Source: Candidatus Latescibacterota bacterium (GTDB lineage: Bacteria; Latescibacterota; CBDEFO01). From it: a DNA stretch of 64,000 bases. The stretch spans positions 256,001-320,000 of the forward strand of contig CBDEFO010000004.1 of assembly GCA_965237525.1 (NCBI GenBank). The letters run 5' to 3'. The notes under the pieces were generated by a model. The model did no database searches and was not told the DNA's origin. It saw only the letters and a list, made by a program, of their open reading frames with translations. The position numbers and the translations under genes are program-made. This document shows, piece after piece, positions 19,797 to 30,078 of the stretch; the stretch's first letter is position 1, and each line of letters starts with the position of its first letter.

Positions 19797-20087
19797 ATGC
19801 CGGTTGTATGGATCCCCTCCTTGATGCAGGACCTTACCGACGGACAGGAGAAGGTGAAAGTAGAGGGCTCCACAATTCGGCAGGTGGTGGACAACCTGGA
19901 GACCGCCTACCCCGGGCTTAAAGACCGACTGAGTGAAGAAGGTAGAATAAGGCCGAACATTGCGGTGATCGTTGACGGTCAGGTCTCGCGCCTTGGGTTG
20001 CTTCAGACCGTAAGTGACACCAGCGAAGTACATTTCCTTCCAGCAATAGGTGGGGGAGCACCGTCTCTCCTCCCCCTACCCAGGTAG
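19797..20087 (+). CDS. MoaD/ThiS family sulfur-carrier protein with an extension after Gly-Gly
   Basis: Beta-grasp pattern, FLPAIGGG followed by APSLLPLPR. Confidence 0.85.
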   Translation: MPVVWIPSLMQDLTDGQEKVKVEGSTIRQVVDNLETAYPGLKDRLSEEGRIRPNIAVIVDGQVSRLGLLQTVSDTSEVHFLPAIGGGAPSLLPLPR

Positions 20088-20095
20088 ACAGTAAC

Positions 20096-21397
20096 GGTTG
20101 AATATCAAATGAAATCGGTGCACCTAATTTGATCTTTGTTTAGAGTATTAGTAGATTAAGTTGAGTTGATTGTCTTAACTTTAATCTACGGAGTCCTATG
20201 GACAAAGAGAGATTGGCCGTATTAAGACAAGAAGTCAACGAGATGTATTTTAAGAAAGAAATGTCAAAGCGAGAAGTTATCAAACAAGCGAGAGTTTCCA
20301 ATGATTTCGTTACGGCTTGGACTAAATCTCTGGATCAGGATTTTGCCATGGATAATCGGGGTTGGCCAAAAGGAAAAAGGCGAAAATTGGCTAAAGTTGA
20401 CGAACAGAGAATCAAAGAGATTTACCATAGCTTAGAGGACGATCCTTATCAGTTCTATTCAGGAGCCACTGTTATTGAACAAGAATGGAGGAATCGATAT
20501 TCTAGCACCCCTCCTCCGTCGTTGCCGACTATCGGCAGAATGCTTTCAGATTTAGGACTTTCCCAGAGAAGGAAGAAAGGTAAAAACAAGGGTGCATCTC
20601 GTTATCTTTGTTATCCAGAGTATACCATTTACTATCTTTCAGGAGGCAGAGTCCTAGAATCAGACTTTATTGGTAAAAAGTATCTTACCGGCAGAACTGA
20701 GCCGGTCAACTTCGTTGGATTTTCCTTTAAGAAAGAGCCTAAGTTAAGGTATTTTCGGCGGGTTGACGGTCAAACAGCAACTAACTTTATCGAGAAGTGT
20801 CAGTCTTTCTTTGACAGGTTTGAAAAACCAGATTTCGTTAAGGTGGACAATTGCTCGGCGACTATTGGCAGTGTTTCAGGTAAAAGGAATGTCAGCAAAG
20901 CAATGCAGTTTCTCTTGAAAAATCAAGTGATTCCGATATTTGCCGTTCCCAGAAGGCCCTTTTCTCAAGCATCTATAGAAGGCAACAATTCTGTATTTTC
21001 AAGGAAGTTCTGGAACAGAATTCAGTTCAAAAGCTTACAAGAAGTTGATCAGAAGTTAGAATGGTTTAATCTTTCATCACAGAGATACACCGGCTACCGT
21101 CCACCTAAGCAAGAGAAGTCAAACGAGAAAGATTTCATTCCCAAGACCTATTTTATCAGACAAGTCAAACAGGACACAGAACAGACAGATAAAGCCTTTA
21201 TCGATGTCCTAAATGAGAAAGTATCTCTTCCCTCCTCTTACACCAACTACTTTGTCCTGGCTGAATGGAACCTAAAAGAAGAACAATTATACATCCATTT
21301 TGAAAAAGAACAGAAACCAAAGATTGTCGAAAACCTATCATTCAAGATCAATCAAAGATCGAAAGAGAAGTGCACCGATTTCATTTGATAAATAACC
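20096..21397 (+). mobile_element. 1302-bp DDE IS (integrase-core, IS481-like/unclassified), copy 1
   Basis: IR GGTTnnnTATCAAATGAAATCGGTGCAC at both ends; 6-bp TSD AGTAAC (20090-20095, 21398-21403). Confidence 0.9.
20198..21388 (+). CDS. DDE transposase (integrase core domain)
   Basis: N-terminal HTH; ESDF, KVDN, P.SQASIE..N catalytic-like motifs; stop lies inside the right IR. Confidence 0.85.
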   Translation: MDKERLAVLRQEVNEMYFKKEMSKREVIKQARVSNDFVTAWTKSLDQDFAMDNRGWPKGKRRKLAKVDEQRIKEIYHSLEDDPYQFYSGATVIEQEWRNRYSSTPPPSLPTIGRMLSDLGLSQRRKKGKNKGASRYLCYPEYTIYYLSGGRVLESDFIGKKYLTGRTEPVNFVGFSFKKEPKLRYFRRVDGQTATNFIEKCQSFFDRFEKPDFVKVDNCSATIGSVSGKRNVSKAMQFLLKNQVIPIFAVPRRPFSQASIEGNNSVFSRKFWNRIQFKSLQEVDQKLEWFNLSSQRYTGYRPPKQEKSNEKDFIPKTYFIRQVKQDTEQTDKAFIDVLNEKVSLPSSYTNYFVLAEWNLKEEQLYIHFEKEQKPKIVENLSFKINQRSKEKCTDFI

Positions 21398-21413
21398 AGT
21401 AACGCCTGATTGC

Positions 21414-21441
21414 CCCCGATTGATTCTATCGGGGATCGGGG
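21414..21441. repeat. Family C palindrome
   Basis: CCCCGATTGATTCTATCGGGGATCGGGG. Confidence 0.7.
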
Positions 21442-21506
21442 GTAGAGGCAGACAGGACATCTCCCCCAGTCTGCTGTCTATTCATAAAACGGGGAGTGAC
21501 CGGACT

Positions 21507-22592
21507 ATGATAAAAAGGGATAATGAAGAGATCCTTGTCTATATTGGCACCTACACAGGTGGCAAGAGTGAAGGGATCTACGTCTATCGCATGGACCCAG
21601 CCTCCGGTGCCCTGGAATTCTCCAGCATGGCTACAGGAGTGGACAACCCCTCTTATCTGGACTTTGATCCCCAACGACGGTATCTCTATGCGGTTAACGA
21701 AGCTGAGGAGTTTTCCGGCAAACCCGGGGGCGCTGTCAGCGCCTTCTCCATCGACCCGGCAACAGGGAAACTGACCTATTTAAATCAGCAGCCCTCGCAT
21801 GGAGGTCTTCCCTGTCACCTGAGTGTAGATCAGACGCGTAAATATCTCCTGGTGGCGAACTATTTGGGCGGCAGTCTCTGCGTCCTCCCCATACTGGCAG
21901 ACGGCCAGTTGGGAGAAGCCACCGATTATTTTGTTCAGCACGAAGGTTCAAGTGTCGATCCAGGACGGCAGGGAGGCCCTCACGCCCATTCTATCACCTT
22001 GGATCCAGCCAATCGCTATGCCTTTGCGGCAGATCTTGGACTCGACAAGATCATGATTTACCAGCTCGATTTGACTCAGGGGAAGTTAAGGCCTAACGAT
22101 GAGCCCTGGGCTCAGGTTCATGCGGGGGCTGGACCGCGCCATTTCGCTTTTCATCCCAGCCTCAGATACGCCTATATAATTAATGAGCTGGACAGCACAA
22201 TGAGTGCATTTCATTATGATGACACGAACGGGACGCTCAGGGAAATTCAGTCGCTTTCCACCCTTCCTGACGATTTTGAAGGCACAAACTACCCTGCGGA
22301 CGTTCACGTCTCCCCATCTGGGAAGTTTCTCTATGGCTCGAATCGCGGTCATGACAGCATTGTGATCTATTCTATCGACGAGGATACAGGTCGGCTCACT
22401 TATGTAGGCTGTGAGCCTACACAGGGCAAGAATCCGCGCAACTTTGCCATCGATCCGACCGGCACCCTCCTGTTGGCCGCCAATCAGGATACTGACAACG
22501 TTGTGACGTTTCGAATTGATCAAGAGACCGGAAGGCTTATGGGCACGGGTAACGTAGCCGAAGTTCCGACACCAGTCTGTCTGAAGATGTGA
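21507..22592 (+). CDS. pgl: 6-phosphogluconolactonase / lactonase family beta-propeller
   Basis: YIGTYT, NPSYL, ANY.GGS, GPHAH, GAGPRH, SNRGHDSI, KNPRNF. Confidence 0.88.
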   Translation: MIKRDNEEILVYIGTYTGGKSEGIYVYRMDPASGALEFSSMATGVDNPSYLDFDPQRRYLYAVNEAEEFSGKPGGAVSAFSIDPATGKLTYLNQQPSHGGLPCHLSVDQTRKYLLVANYLGGSLCVLPILADGQLGEATDYFVQHEGSSVDPGRQGGPHAHSITLDPANRYAFAADLGLDKIMIYQLDLTQGKLRPNDEPWAQVHAGAGPRHFAFHPSLRYAYIINELDSTMSAFHYDDTNGTLREIQSLSTLPDDFEGTNYPADVHVSPSGKFLYGSNRGHDSIVIYSIDEDTGRLTYVGCEPTQGKNPRNFAIDPTGTLLLAANQDTDNVVTFRIDQETGRLMGTGNVAEVPTPVCLKM

Positions 22593-22614
22593 GCGCCGGA
22601 GATAACAACAGAAG

Positions 22615-23658
22615 ATGAATATCGAGTTATTGAAGCTATTGTGTGAAACGCCTGGTGTTCCGGGCTACGAGGATAGGATCAGAAAGATCGTAGCAGCCCA
22701 GATGAAGCCCTACGTGGATGAGTTCAGCGTGGACGCATTGGGGAATATTATAGGTATCAAAAGGGGGAAGGAGGACAAGAAGTTTATGATGGCCGCCCAC
22801 ATAGACGAAATAGGCTTCATGGTTAATCACATTGACGACGAAGGCTTCATAAGGGCGGTGCCTCTGGGCGGCTTCGACCCCAAGACCCTCACGGCTCAGA
22901 GGGTGATAGTGCACGGAAGGGAAGATATCATCGGCGTGATGGGGACAAAGCCCATTCACATTATGTCGGAGGAAGAGCGGCAGAAAGCCCCCAAGCTGGA
23001 GGACTATTTCATAGACGTGGGACTCCCCAAAGAGCAGGTCGATAAGCTCATACGAATCGGAGATCCCGTGACCCGTGAGCGCGATTTTGTGGAGATGGGC
23101 AACAACGTCAACTGTAAATCCTTCGACAACAGGATAAGTGTCTTTGTCATGATAGAAGCACTCAAGAAGATAAAGTCCCATAGTGTTGAGGTCTACGCCG
23201 TCGCTTCCACACAGGAGGAGGTGGGACTCAGAGGGGCGCAGGTAGCGGCACAGAGCATAAAGCCCGATATCGGCATTGGTTTGGACGTGACACTTGCCAA
23301 CGATGTGCCAGATTCTAAGGCTTTTGAATCTGTGACCAAGTTGGGGGTGGGAACAGCGATCAAGATTCTGGATTCGAGCGTTGTGTGTAATAGCAGAGTA
23401 GTAGATTTCCTGCGGAACCTTGCGGAAGAACGCAGCATACCGTATCAGATGGAGATACTCCCTCGCGGGGGGACTGACACAGCAGCGATTCAAAGATACG
23501 GTTTGGGCGCGGCAGTCGGATGCATATCGGTTCCCACTCGTTACGTCCATTCTACAATAGAAATGTGCAGCAAAGACGATATCCAGGCGAGTATAGACCT
23601 TCTGGCTGCATTTATCGAGACCTGCCACGAAGGCGATTTCAGTTTGATGCCAGAGTAA
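22615..23658 (+). CDS. M42 family metallopeptidase
   Basis: AAHIDEIG, FDNR, QEEVGLRGA, GGTD, PTRYVHS. Confidence 0.93.
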   Translation: MNIELLKLLCETPGVPGYEDRIRKIVAAQMKPYVDEFSVDALGNIIGIKRGKEDKKFMMAAHIDEIGFMVNHIDDEGFIRAVPLGGFDPKTLTAQRVIVHGREDIIGVMGTKPIHIMSEEERQKAPKLEDYFIDVGLPKEQVDKLIRIGDPVTRERDFVEMGNNVNCKSFDNRISVFVMIEALKKIKSHSVEVYAVASTQEEVGLRGAQVAAQSIKPDIGIGLDVTLANDVPDSKAFESVTKLGVGTAIKILDSSVVCNSRVVDFLRNLAEERSIPYQMEILPRGGTDTAAIQRYGLGAAVGCISVPTRYVHSTIEMCSKDDIQASIDLLAAFIETCHEGDFSLMPE

Positions 23659-23814
23659 GTGGACGGTAGGTAGTAGAGGTTGAATGCCAAATGACATGAG
23701 AGCGCTAGACAGTTGTTAAGTTGTGATTCGGAAAGGTTGCTCTTCTCAAGAATCTGTCAGACATTGGAGTACCTTCTTGGGACGACCTTCTTGCCCCTAC
23801 AACCTGAAATTAAA

Positions 23815-23864
23815 TGTAGGGGCGAGGTTCACTCGCCCCAAGAGCCGCATCACTCTGCCCCTAC
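23815..23864. repeat. GTAG-REP doublet (family B)
   Basis: TGTAGGGGCGAGGTTCACTCGCCCC ... CTGCCCCTAC. Confidence 0.75.
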
Positions 23865-23920
23865 GAATACGCACGTGGGGCAAAGCGCCCGGGCCTCTGA
23901 TTTAGATCAATTCTTAACTA

Positions 23921-24538
23921 ATGATAGTTAAATCTCTTTTGGTTGCCCCTCTAGAAGTCAACTGCTATGTGATATACTGTAAGAGAACAAAAGAGGGTGC
24001 CGTGATAGATCCCGGCGGGAGCGTGCCCGATATATTGGATCTGATTGAGAAAGAAGACGTAAACGTGAAGTACATCATCAACACACACGGGCACTTTGAT
24101 CACATAGGAGGAGCACAGGGCCTGCAGAACGCCTTGAAGGTCCCTACGCTTATACACAAAGCAGATATGTTTTTAGTGGAGAATCTATCAGATCAAGCCG
24201 CATTTTTCGGCATCGATGTAGATGCGCCACCCCGGATAGATCGCTTCATCACAGAAGGCGATCACATATCGTTCGGGGATGAAACTTTAAGGGTTCTCCA
24301 CACGCCGGGCCACTCTCCGGGAGGGGTATCTCTTCATACCCCCGGGTTAGTCTTCAGTGGAGATGCCCTCTTTGCCGGTTCAATCGGGAGGACAGACCTA
24401 AAAGGGGGATCGTACCAGACTCTCGTAGATTCAGTGGCCTCTACGCTCCTTACGCTGGATGACGATACCCTTGTCTATCCGGGACACGGTCCGACGACCA
24501 CGATAGGGCAGGAGAAGGCATACAATCCGTTTTTCTGA
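23921..24538 (+). CDS. MBL-fold metallo-hydrolase (glyoxalase II-like)
   Basis: THGHFDHIG, TPGHSPG, SGDALF, PGHG. Confidence 0.93.
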   Translation: MIVKSLLVAPLEVNCYVIYCKRTKEGAVIDPGGSVPDILDLIEKEDVNVKYIINTHGHFDHIGGAQGLQNALKVPTLIHKADMFLVENLSDQAAFFGIDVDAPPRIDRFITEGDHISFGDETLRVLHTPGHSPGGVSLHTPGLVFSGDALFAGSIGRTDLKGGSYQTLVDSVASTLLTLDDDTLVYPGHGPTTTIGQEKAYNPFF

Positions 24539-24568
24539 CGGAAACGTTACTGATATAGTTCCAAGACA

Positions 24569-24814
24569 ATGAAATTCCTTAAGAAGACGCATCTAATTGT
24601 CCTCATCATCGACCTAGTTATGGTAGGCCTGCTCCTTATTATCGGGGATATGTTGAAGAGTTCCCTGGAAGAAAGGCTTGCGGAGAGAAGACAGGCCAAT
24701 TCTCCCTCTTCTCATGTGGAAAGGACAACGGCAACAACTGTTGAGGACTCCTTAGGGGTAAGCTATAAGCTCCAGGACAAGGAGCTTACAGAAGACACAA
24801 ATAGTAAAGAGTGA
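24569..24814 (+). CDS. Small hypothetical membrane-anchored protein
   Basis: 81 aa with N-terminal hydrophobic helix, co-oriented with the upstream operon. Confidence 0.55.
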   Translation: MKFLKKTHLIVLIIDLVMVGLLLIIGDMLKSSLEERLAERRQANSPSSHVERTTATTVEDSLGVSYKLQDKELTEDTNSKE

Positions 24815-24820
24815 TTCTGA

Positions 24821-25231
24821 CTATTCTCCGCTAAAGTTCCTGTAATCTACTACCTTCCATCGGTCGTCGATCAGGCTTGTGTTTATCAAGACGCTCTGGG
24901 CTAAAGGCTTTTCCACACCGCTTTGAATTATAAGCTTGTATATGAACATAATGTTATCGTCACTGACTCTTTTGGTCGTTGTAAGCTCGTATTCTATGTG
25001 AGGTCGGGAATCAAGCGGATCGGCACCCGCTTCTCGAACAGACCGAACTAAATCCAGCTCCTCTATCAACTTTTCCCTTGCAAAACCTGACGTGATCTCA
25101 AGGGCATAAGCTTGGTTTATCTGTACGTAATACCTTCCCATAAACTCCTCGGCTATGTACTCAGAGGTATTTGGGGGTGCACAGGACAGAAGCCAGAGCC
25201 ATATCAGGATAAGTAGACTGCAATACTTCAA
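24821..25231 (-). CDS. Hypothetical lipoprotein
   Basis: Signal peptide ending in an LLSC lipobox. Confidence 0.6.
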   Translation of the reverse strand: MKYCSLLILIWLWLLSCAPPNTSEYIAEEFMGRYYVQINQAYALEITSGFAREKLIEELDLVRSVREAGADPLDSRPHIEYELTTTKRVSDDNIMFIYKLIIQSGVEKPLAQSVLINTSLIDDRWKVVDYRNFSGE

Positions 25232-25793
25232 GGTCGGACTTTCCCACGGATCGGTTCAACAATGGTCTGGAGGTGATGATAAAGATCCCAAATAGTAGAC
25301 AACAAAGAAAGGCGAGAGAAGAATCCTCCCGTCTACTGAACGCTCTCTACCTGATCTGGGTATGAGGAGCAAGTTCTTGATACACAGTTGCCAATATAAG
25401 GGGTTTCAGAGCCGTTGTCAAGCAAGAATAGGTGGCTGCAGAAGATCTGGGGTGGAAAAAGTAGAGGGAGGATTATTGCCCTTTGTCAAAATGTCATCCG
25501 CGAGGGTCTATCTATAGAGCTTGCAGTGGTTACACACGGAAGTGAGCCCTGCACTACATGGAGTGGGCGGCACAACCGCCGTGCAAAGTTGAAACTTCTG
25601 ACAAAGGGCAACAGTCAACTTCTGAAAGCTTCAGAAGGGGGCTTGTGGTTCGACTTTGGTCAAGGGTACTTTGACTGACATCAACGTGCGACACAGCGGG
25701 TAAAGTTGACGGTAGCCCTACTGAACGTTTGGAAGGAGCACAGGAAACTATTTCAACAGAAGGGAGGAAGAAAGTTTCCTCCCCGAAAACATG

Positions 25794-26138
25794 CTAAACT
25801 ACAACTTCCTCTAGGTTAGCAGTGGCCTCTGCCCAAACATCCCGCAGTTCGGTCAATATCCTCAAAGCCGTATCAAAATCGCCCTCCTTGATCGTCCTCA
25901 TGCAAAATTCGTACAGCCTGAAAAGACCGTTCGAGATCTCATCCTGCTTGAAGTCCAAAGACTCTATAAGAGTAATCAAGGTGCCTACGGCATCTTCGGA
26001 GTCCCTCTTCTTGCAGGCCGCAATAATGAGGTCGTACAGAAAGAGTACCAGTTGAGACGGCTCTGTCGGAACTGAACTTTCCGCCAGCCCCTCCGCATCC
26101 GCAGCTTGATTTTCAAAGCCTGAAGTAATCATTCTCAA
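25794..26138 (-). CDS. fliS: Flagellar export chaperone FliS
   Basis: P.QLV..LYD, LI.SLDF, I..GL.RLYEF, EL...W; directly downstream of flagellin. Confidence 0.85.
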   Translation of the reverse strand: MRMITSGFENQAADAEGLAESSVPTEPSQLVLFLYDLIIAACKKRDSEDAVGTLITLIESLDFKQDEISNGLFRLYEFCMRTIKEGDFDTALRILTELRDVWAEATANLEEVVV

Positions 26139-26183
26139 AGCCTCCTTGTGAAGTCTTCGACGTTAGAAGTCTGTATCGAAGTA

Positions 26184-27409
26184 TTACTGGAATAATGCTA
26201 ATACTGCTTGTGGGGCGGCATTTGCCTGAGCCAGCATAGCTGTAGCTGTCTGTTGCAGTATCTGCAACTTGGTGGCCTCTAACTGCTCAAAGGCAATGTC
26301 AGCATCCAGGATCCTGCTCTTGGCTGCCTCAGTGTTCGTCCGCGCAACTGACAGGGCATCTTCTTTGAACGTCAGCCTGTTGGTAACTGCACCTATGAAG
26401 CTCAAGGCCTTCGAGACATTGTCTATGGCATTGTCGACGTTCTGGATATATGCTGCCGCATTGGAGTTGGTAGCTATGCTGCCGCCATCTGGTTCGTATT
26501 GGATACCGAAGGACGTGGGATTTGAGGTCGCAGACGATAACGCTGAAAAATCTATCGTAAATCCGACACCCGTGTCAAAGACGGCGGGGTTCAATCCCGT
26601 GAAAGCAAGATCTACAGAGGTATCTGTGTCTGATGTTGTGCTGGTGAGTCCATCTGCATCGATATTGACTATAACGCCAGCTGAATCTCTTACCTGGAAC
26701 GTGATAGTACCTGCCCCGGCAGAGTTGGCGGCTACGCTTGTCACTTCCACTGTGTAGAACCCTTCCGTAAGTTCAGTTAAGCCGGAGTTAATGAATGTAG
26801 GGAAGTAGCCACAGCCACAGTTAAACCTTGCGGATCGAAGGTCGTGGCAACATTAGCTGTCGCAGCGCCTACGGTCACGTCGAGCTGACTGGATGTGAAT
26901 CCTGTCGTGTATCCCACCTCAGACGATGTAAGATCGAACGTTATCGAATCGAGAGTTCCAGCTCCCACCTGGAAGGAAAACGGGGCGGTCGTGGTTTTCA
27001 AGATCTCGATGTTGTTGAACAGAGCCTAATCCACCTGGTCGTCAATCTCCGACGCCAACTGCTCTAACTCGTTCTTAAGCGCATTCCTTTCTGCAGTTCC
27101 CAGGATGTCGTTTGCAGCCTGGGTGGCTTTGGCTCTCATCTGTCCCAGGATGTCACTGATGCTCTGGAGGTATCCTTCGGCGATGCTCATCATGTTCTTA
27201 GCGTCGCCTATATTGTTGAGAGATACTCCTAAACTTTCCGCTCTCACCTTCAACTTATTAGCTATGGAGAGCCCTGCAGCGTCGTCGCCAGCAGTGTTGA
27301 TCCTCTTTCCCGTCGCGAGTCTGAGCTGATGGGTGTTCAAACGCCTGTTGAGTTTGTTAAGGGCGTTTAAAGCGTTTAAGGCTGCTATGTTGGTGTTAAT
27401 CCTTGACAT
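26184..27409 (-). pseudogene. fliC: Flagellin, disrupted
   Basis: MSRINTNIAA...LATGKRIN.AGDDAAGL N-terminus and SRILDADIA.E...ILQQ...MLAQAN C-terminus; in-frame TAG at 27026-27028 and a 1-bp frameshift near 26800. Confidence 0.9.
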
Positions 27410-27559
27410 TAGCCATTCCTCCTTAAAGGTTAGATAATATCCCTATTGAATGGGGTGAATTCAGAACTAAAGAGCCCACAAAAAGTATCCAAGATCTTTT
27501 TGTGGAAAGATGATCTCCGAATTTAAGCGCGCCTTACGTTTAGCTACACGCTATTGTCC

Positions 27560-27576
27560 AGCAATTATAGTGCCAA
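27560..27576 (-). promoter_or_regulatory. sigma54 (-24/-12) promoter of flagellin
   Basis: TTGGCACTATAATTGCT on the minus strand; IHF-like AACAATGACTTA just upstream (~27606-27617). Confidence 0.8.
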
Positions 27577-27794
27577 GAAGAATATGGCAGATATATTGTT
27601 GTCCATAAGTCATTGTTAATAGTTCTGTTGTATCACAAACAATATAGAAGAATCGTTTTTATCTCCAATGCAAGTTTTTCCCATGATATCTCATGATCTT
27701 AGGAACATTTTTCCCTTTTTTTCTTTACAGTGACCGTTAGTTTTATTTATCATTGAGGATAGAGGGTGGGGAGCCCCTATCCAAAGGAGGACAC

Positions 27795-28175
27795 ATGCCA
27801 ATCTCAAAAGAGCCCACAATAAGAGTCGTAATGCTTCCAAAAGACACCAACAGTGCAGGCACAATCTTCGGAGGAATAATTCTGAGTCATCTGGACTTGG
27901 CCGGGAGTGTAGAGGCAGGAAAGCACGCAAGGAGCAGGTTTGTAACAGTGGCGATGCGGGAAGTAGAATTCATAGCTCCTGTCTATGTCGGAGATGTAGT
28001 CAGCTTCTACACCCAAACGCTGAAGATAGGTAGGACCTCCATAACTGCCCGCGTGGAGGTCCAGGCTGAAAGGATCGAAACGGGAGAAAAGGTGAAGGTT
28101 ACAGAGGCCGAGGTAGTGTATGTCTCGGTAGATGACAGTGGGAGACCAAAGCCGATTAAAGAGGAAGAGTCGTAA
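27795..28175 (+). CDS. Acyl-CoA thioesterase (hotdog fold)
   Basis: P.DTN..GTIFGG..LS.LD.AG, FVTVA, F.APV.VGD. Confidence 0.92.
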   Translation: MPISKEPTIRVVMLPKDTNSAGTIFGGIILSHLDLAGSVEAGKHARSRFVTVAMREVEFIAPVYVGDVVSFYTQTLKIGRTSITARVEVQAERIETGEKVKVTEAEVVYVSVDDSGRPKPIKEEES

Positions 28176-28204
28176 GTGCTTTTGAACATATAAGGTTTCA
28201 CCGT

Positions 28205-28273
28205 CCCTAATCTCCCCACTCTAATCTGCCCACCCTAAGCTGCGCCCCCTAAGCTGTGCTCCTAATCTTCCCG
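28205..28273. repeat. Five degenerate ~14-bp tandem units (CCCTAA(T/G)CTGCNCN)
   Basis: Units start at 28205, 28219, 28233, 28247 and 28260. Confidence 0.6.
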
Positions 28274-28283
28274 CATTTTCCTA

Positions 28284-28334
28284 TTGACATTTCCATTTTT
28301 TTGTTTATCTTATATTATTGACTAATATGATCAA
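28284..28334 (+). promoter_or_regulatory. sat promoter region with an Rrf2 (CymR/IscR)-like operator
   Basis: TTGACA at 28284; dyad TTGACTAATATGATCAA at 28318-28334. Confidence 0.45.
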
Positions 28335-28397
28335 CATATATATAAATATGCTCCAAGCACCGCAAATCGGTTTCCGCAGGTTATAGTGGAGGAAGGC

Positions 28398-29558
28398 ATG
28401 TCACAGATGAGTCCTCACGGGGGAACTCTGGTAAACAGGATTGCAAACGGAGCCGAAAGGGAAAAGCTACAGGAAAAGGTTGGAGGATTGGTGAGGGTTC
28501 AACTGAACGGGAGACAGGTTTCCGATCTGGAGTTGATAGCTACGGGAGGATTCAGCCCCATTGAGGGCTTTATGAACAGAGCTGACTACGAGAGCGTCGT
28601 TAAGCAGATGAGACTGCAAAATGAACTGCCGTGGACTATTCCGATCACGCTGGCCGTAAACCGGGAAGAAGCCGACGCTCTGAGGGAGGGAACTGACATA
28701 GCTTTGGCGGACCAAGAGGGAATAGTCCTGGGAGTTTTGCATCTGGAGGAGAAGTTTAGGTACAGCAAACAGGACGAGGCCATCTATGTGTATAAGACCG
28801 AAGATCCGGCGCACCCTGGAGTGGCATACCTCTGCAGATCGGGTGACGTACTTTTGGGCGGAAAGGTGACGATCCTTCACCAGCCCAAACACAGGGATTT
28901 CGGATACTACAGATTATATCCGTCAGATATGAGGAAGATATTTCAAGAAAGAGGATGGAGGAGAATTGTAGCATTTCAGACCAGGAATCCGATCCACAGG
29001 GCACACGAATATATCCAAAAGTGCGCTTTAGAGATAGTGGACGGTCTCCTCATTCATCCCCTAGTCGGAGAGACCAAAGCTGACGATATCCCCGCCTGGG
29101 TGAGAATGAAAAGCTATGAGGTGATAATCGCTGAATATTATCCCCAGGACAGAACGCTTCTGGGAGTCTTTCCGGCTGCGATGAGGTACGCAGGGCCAAG
29201 AGAGGCGGTCTTTCACGCCATTGTGAGAAAGAATTACGGGTGCACTCACTTTATTGTCGGAAGGGATCATGCGGGAGTCGGAAACTACTATGGAACGTTC
29301 GACGCCCACTATATTTTTGAGGAATTTGAGCAAAGTGAAATCGGCATTACGCCTATGTTTTTCGATTATACGTTTTACTGCACAAGGTGCGGGAACATGG
29401 CCTCGCCCAGGACGTGTCCGCACGGAGATGATGATCACCTTTCGCTAAGCGGGACAAAGGTGAGAGAGATGTTAGAAGCGGGATTGGCTCCTCCGCCTGA
29501 GTTGACCAGACCTGAGGTTGCACACGTCCTGGTAGAAGGGCTATCAAAAAGGCATTAG
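28398..29558 (+). CDS. sat: Sulfate adenylyltransferase
   Basis: PHGG.LV, FQTRNPIHRAHE, YAGPREA, VGRDHAGVG. Confidence 0.96.
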   Translation: MSQMSPHGGTLVNRIANGAEREKLQEKVGGLVRVQLNGRQVSDLELIATGGFSPIEGFMNRADYESVVKQMRLQNELPWTIPITLAVNREEADALREGTDIALADQEGIVLGVLHLEEKFRYSKQDEAIYVYKTEDPAHPGVAYLCRSGDVLLGGKVTILHQPKHRDFGYYRLYPSDMRKIFQERGWRRIVAFQTRNPIHRAHEYIQKCALEIVDGLLIHPLVGETKADDIPAWVRMKSYEVIIAEYYPQDRTLLGVFPAAMRYAGPREAVFHAIVRKNYGCTHFIVGRDHAGVGNYYGTFDAHYIFEEFEQSEIGITPMFFDYTFYCTRCGNMASPRTCPHGDDDHLSLSGTKVREMLEAGLAPPPELTRPEVAHVLVEGLSKRH

Positions 29559-29602
29559 ACCGCATAGAGGACACCGCCTCCGATGCTCTGAGACTGCTTC
29601 GA

Positions 29603-29752
29603 GGCGCCGTGGGCGCTTTGACGGGAGTGGGGGCAGCAAAGCACGAAGTGCCCTGGAAATGACTGGTAGTCTGTGCGAACATCCCTTTCTGTCGTTGCCA
29701 GTCGCGGTAGCAGCAAGCCACGAAGTGGGCTAAGGTGCTCGTAGTCAACTGA
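29603..29752 (+). repeat. Intergenic repeat family A, two partial units (29603-29650, 29710-29752)
   Basis: Both units share GCAGCAA..CACGAAGTG; homologous to the copies at 7233, 7579 and 18155. Confidence 0.75.
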
Positions 29753-29793
29753 CGGGAGTACATCCTTACCCTACCTATTCTTGGAAGAAGACG

Positions 29794-30045
29794 ATGGATA
29801 AGCGCGTCCGAAACAGTGTGGTAGACACTCATACCAGAAGCATCGCAAAAGCTGTAAGTTGGAGAATATGGGCATCACTGACTACCTCAGTCATTGTGTT
29901 TACCTTTACAAAAGAACTGGCGTTGAGCATCGGAGTGGGTCTTGCAGAAGCGGCTGTAAAAGTAGTGCTTTATTACTTCCATGAGCGCTTATGGGAGAAG
30001 CTGAACTTCGGGAAGAAGATCTATAAAGACAATTACCATATATGA
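29794..30045 (+). CDS. DUF2061-type small membrane protein
   Basis: RSIAKAVSWR...YYFHERLW; typical of sulfate assimilation loci. Confidence 0.85.
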   Translation: MDKRVRNSVVDTHTRSIAKAVSWRIWASLTTSVIVFTFTKELALSIGVGLAEAAVKVVLYYFHERLWEKLNFGKKIYKDNYHI

Positions 30046-30078
30046 GATTGAGTAACCTTTGAACCAAGGAGGACGATA

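Noticed and set aside
22636..23697. 353-aa antisense ORF and other shadow ORFs (e.g. 53859..54614, 63144..63891)
   Set aside because: They lie opposite well-supported genes (M42 peptidase, TPR, sprA) and show no recognisable motifs
25415..25797. Possible IS3-like transposase relic (SDKGQQSTSESF)
   Set aside because: Similarity is too weak to support without a profile search
27026..27028. TAG recoding (alternative genetic code or pyrrolysine) to explain in-frame TAGs
   Set aside because: TAG terminates many intact genes here, and flagellin also carries a frameshift
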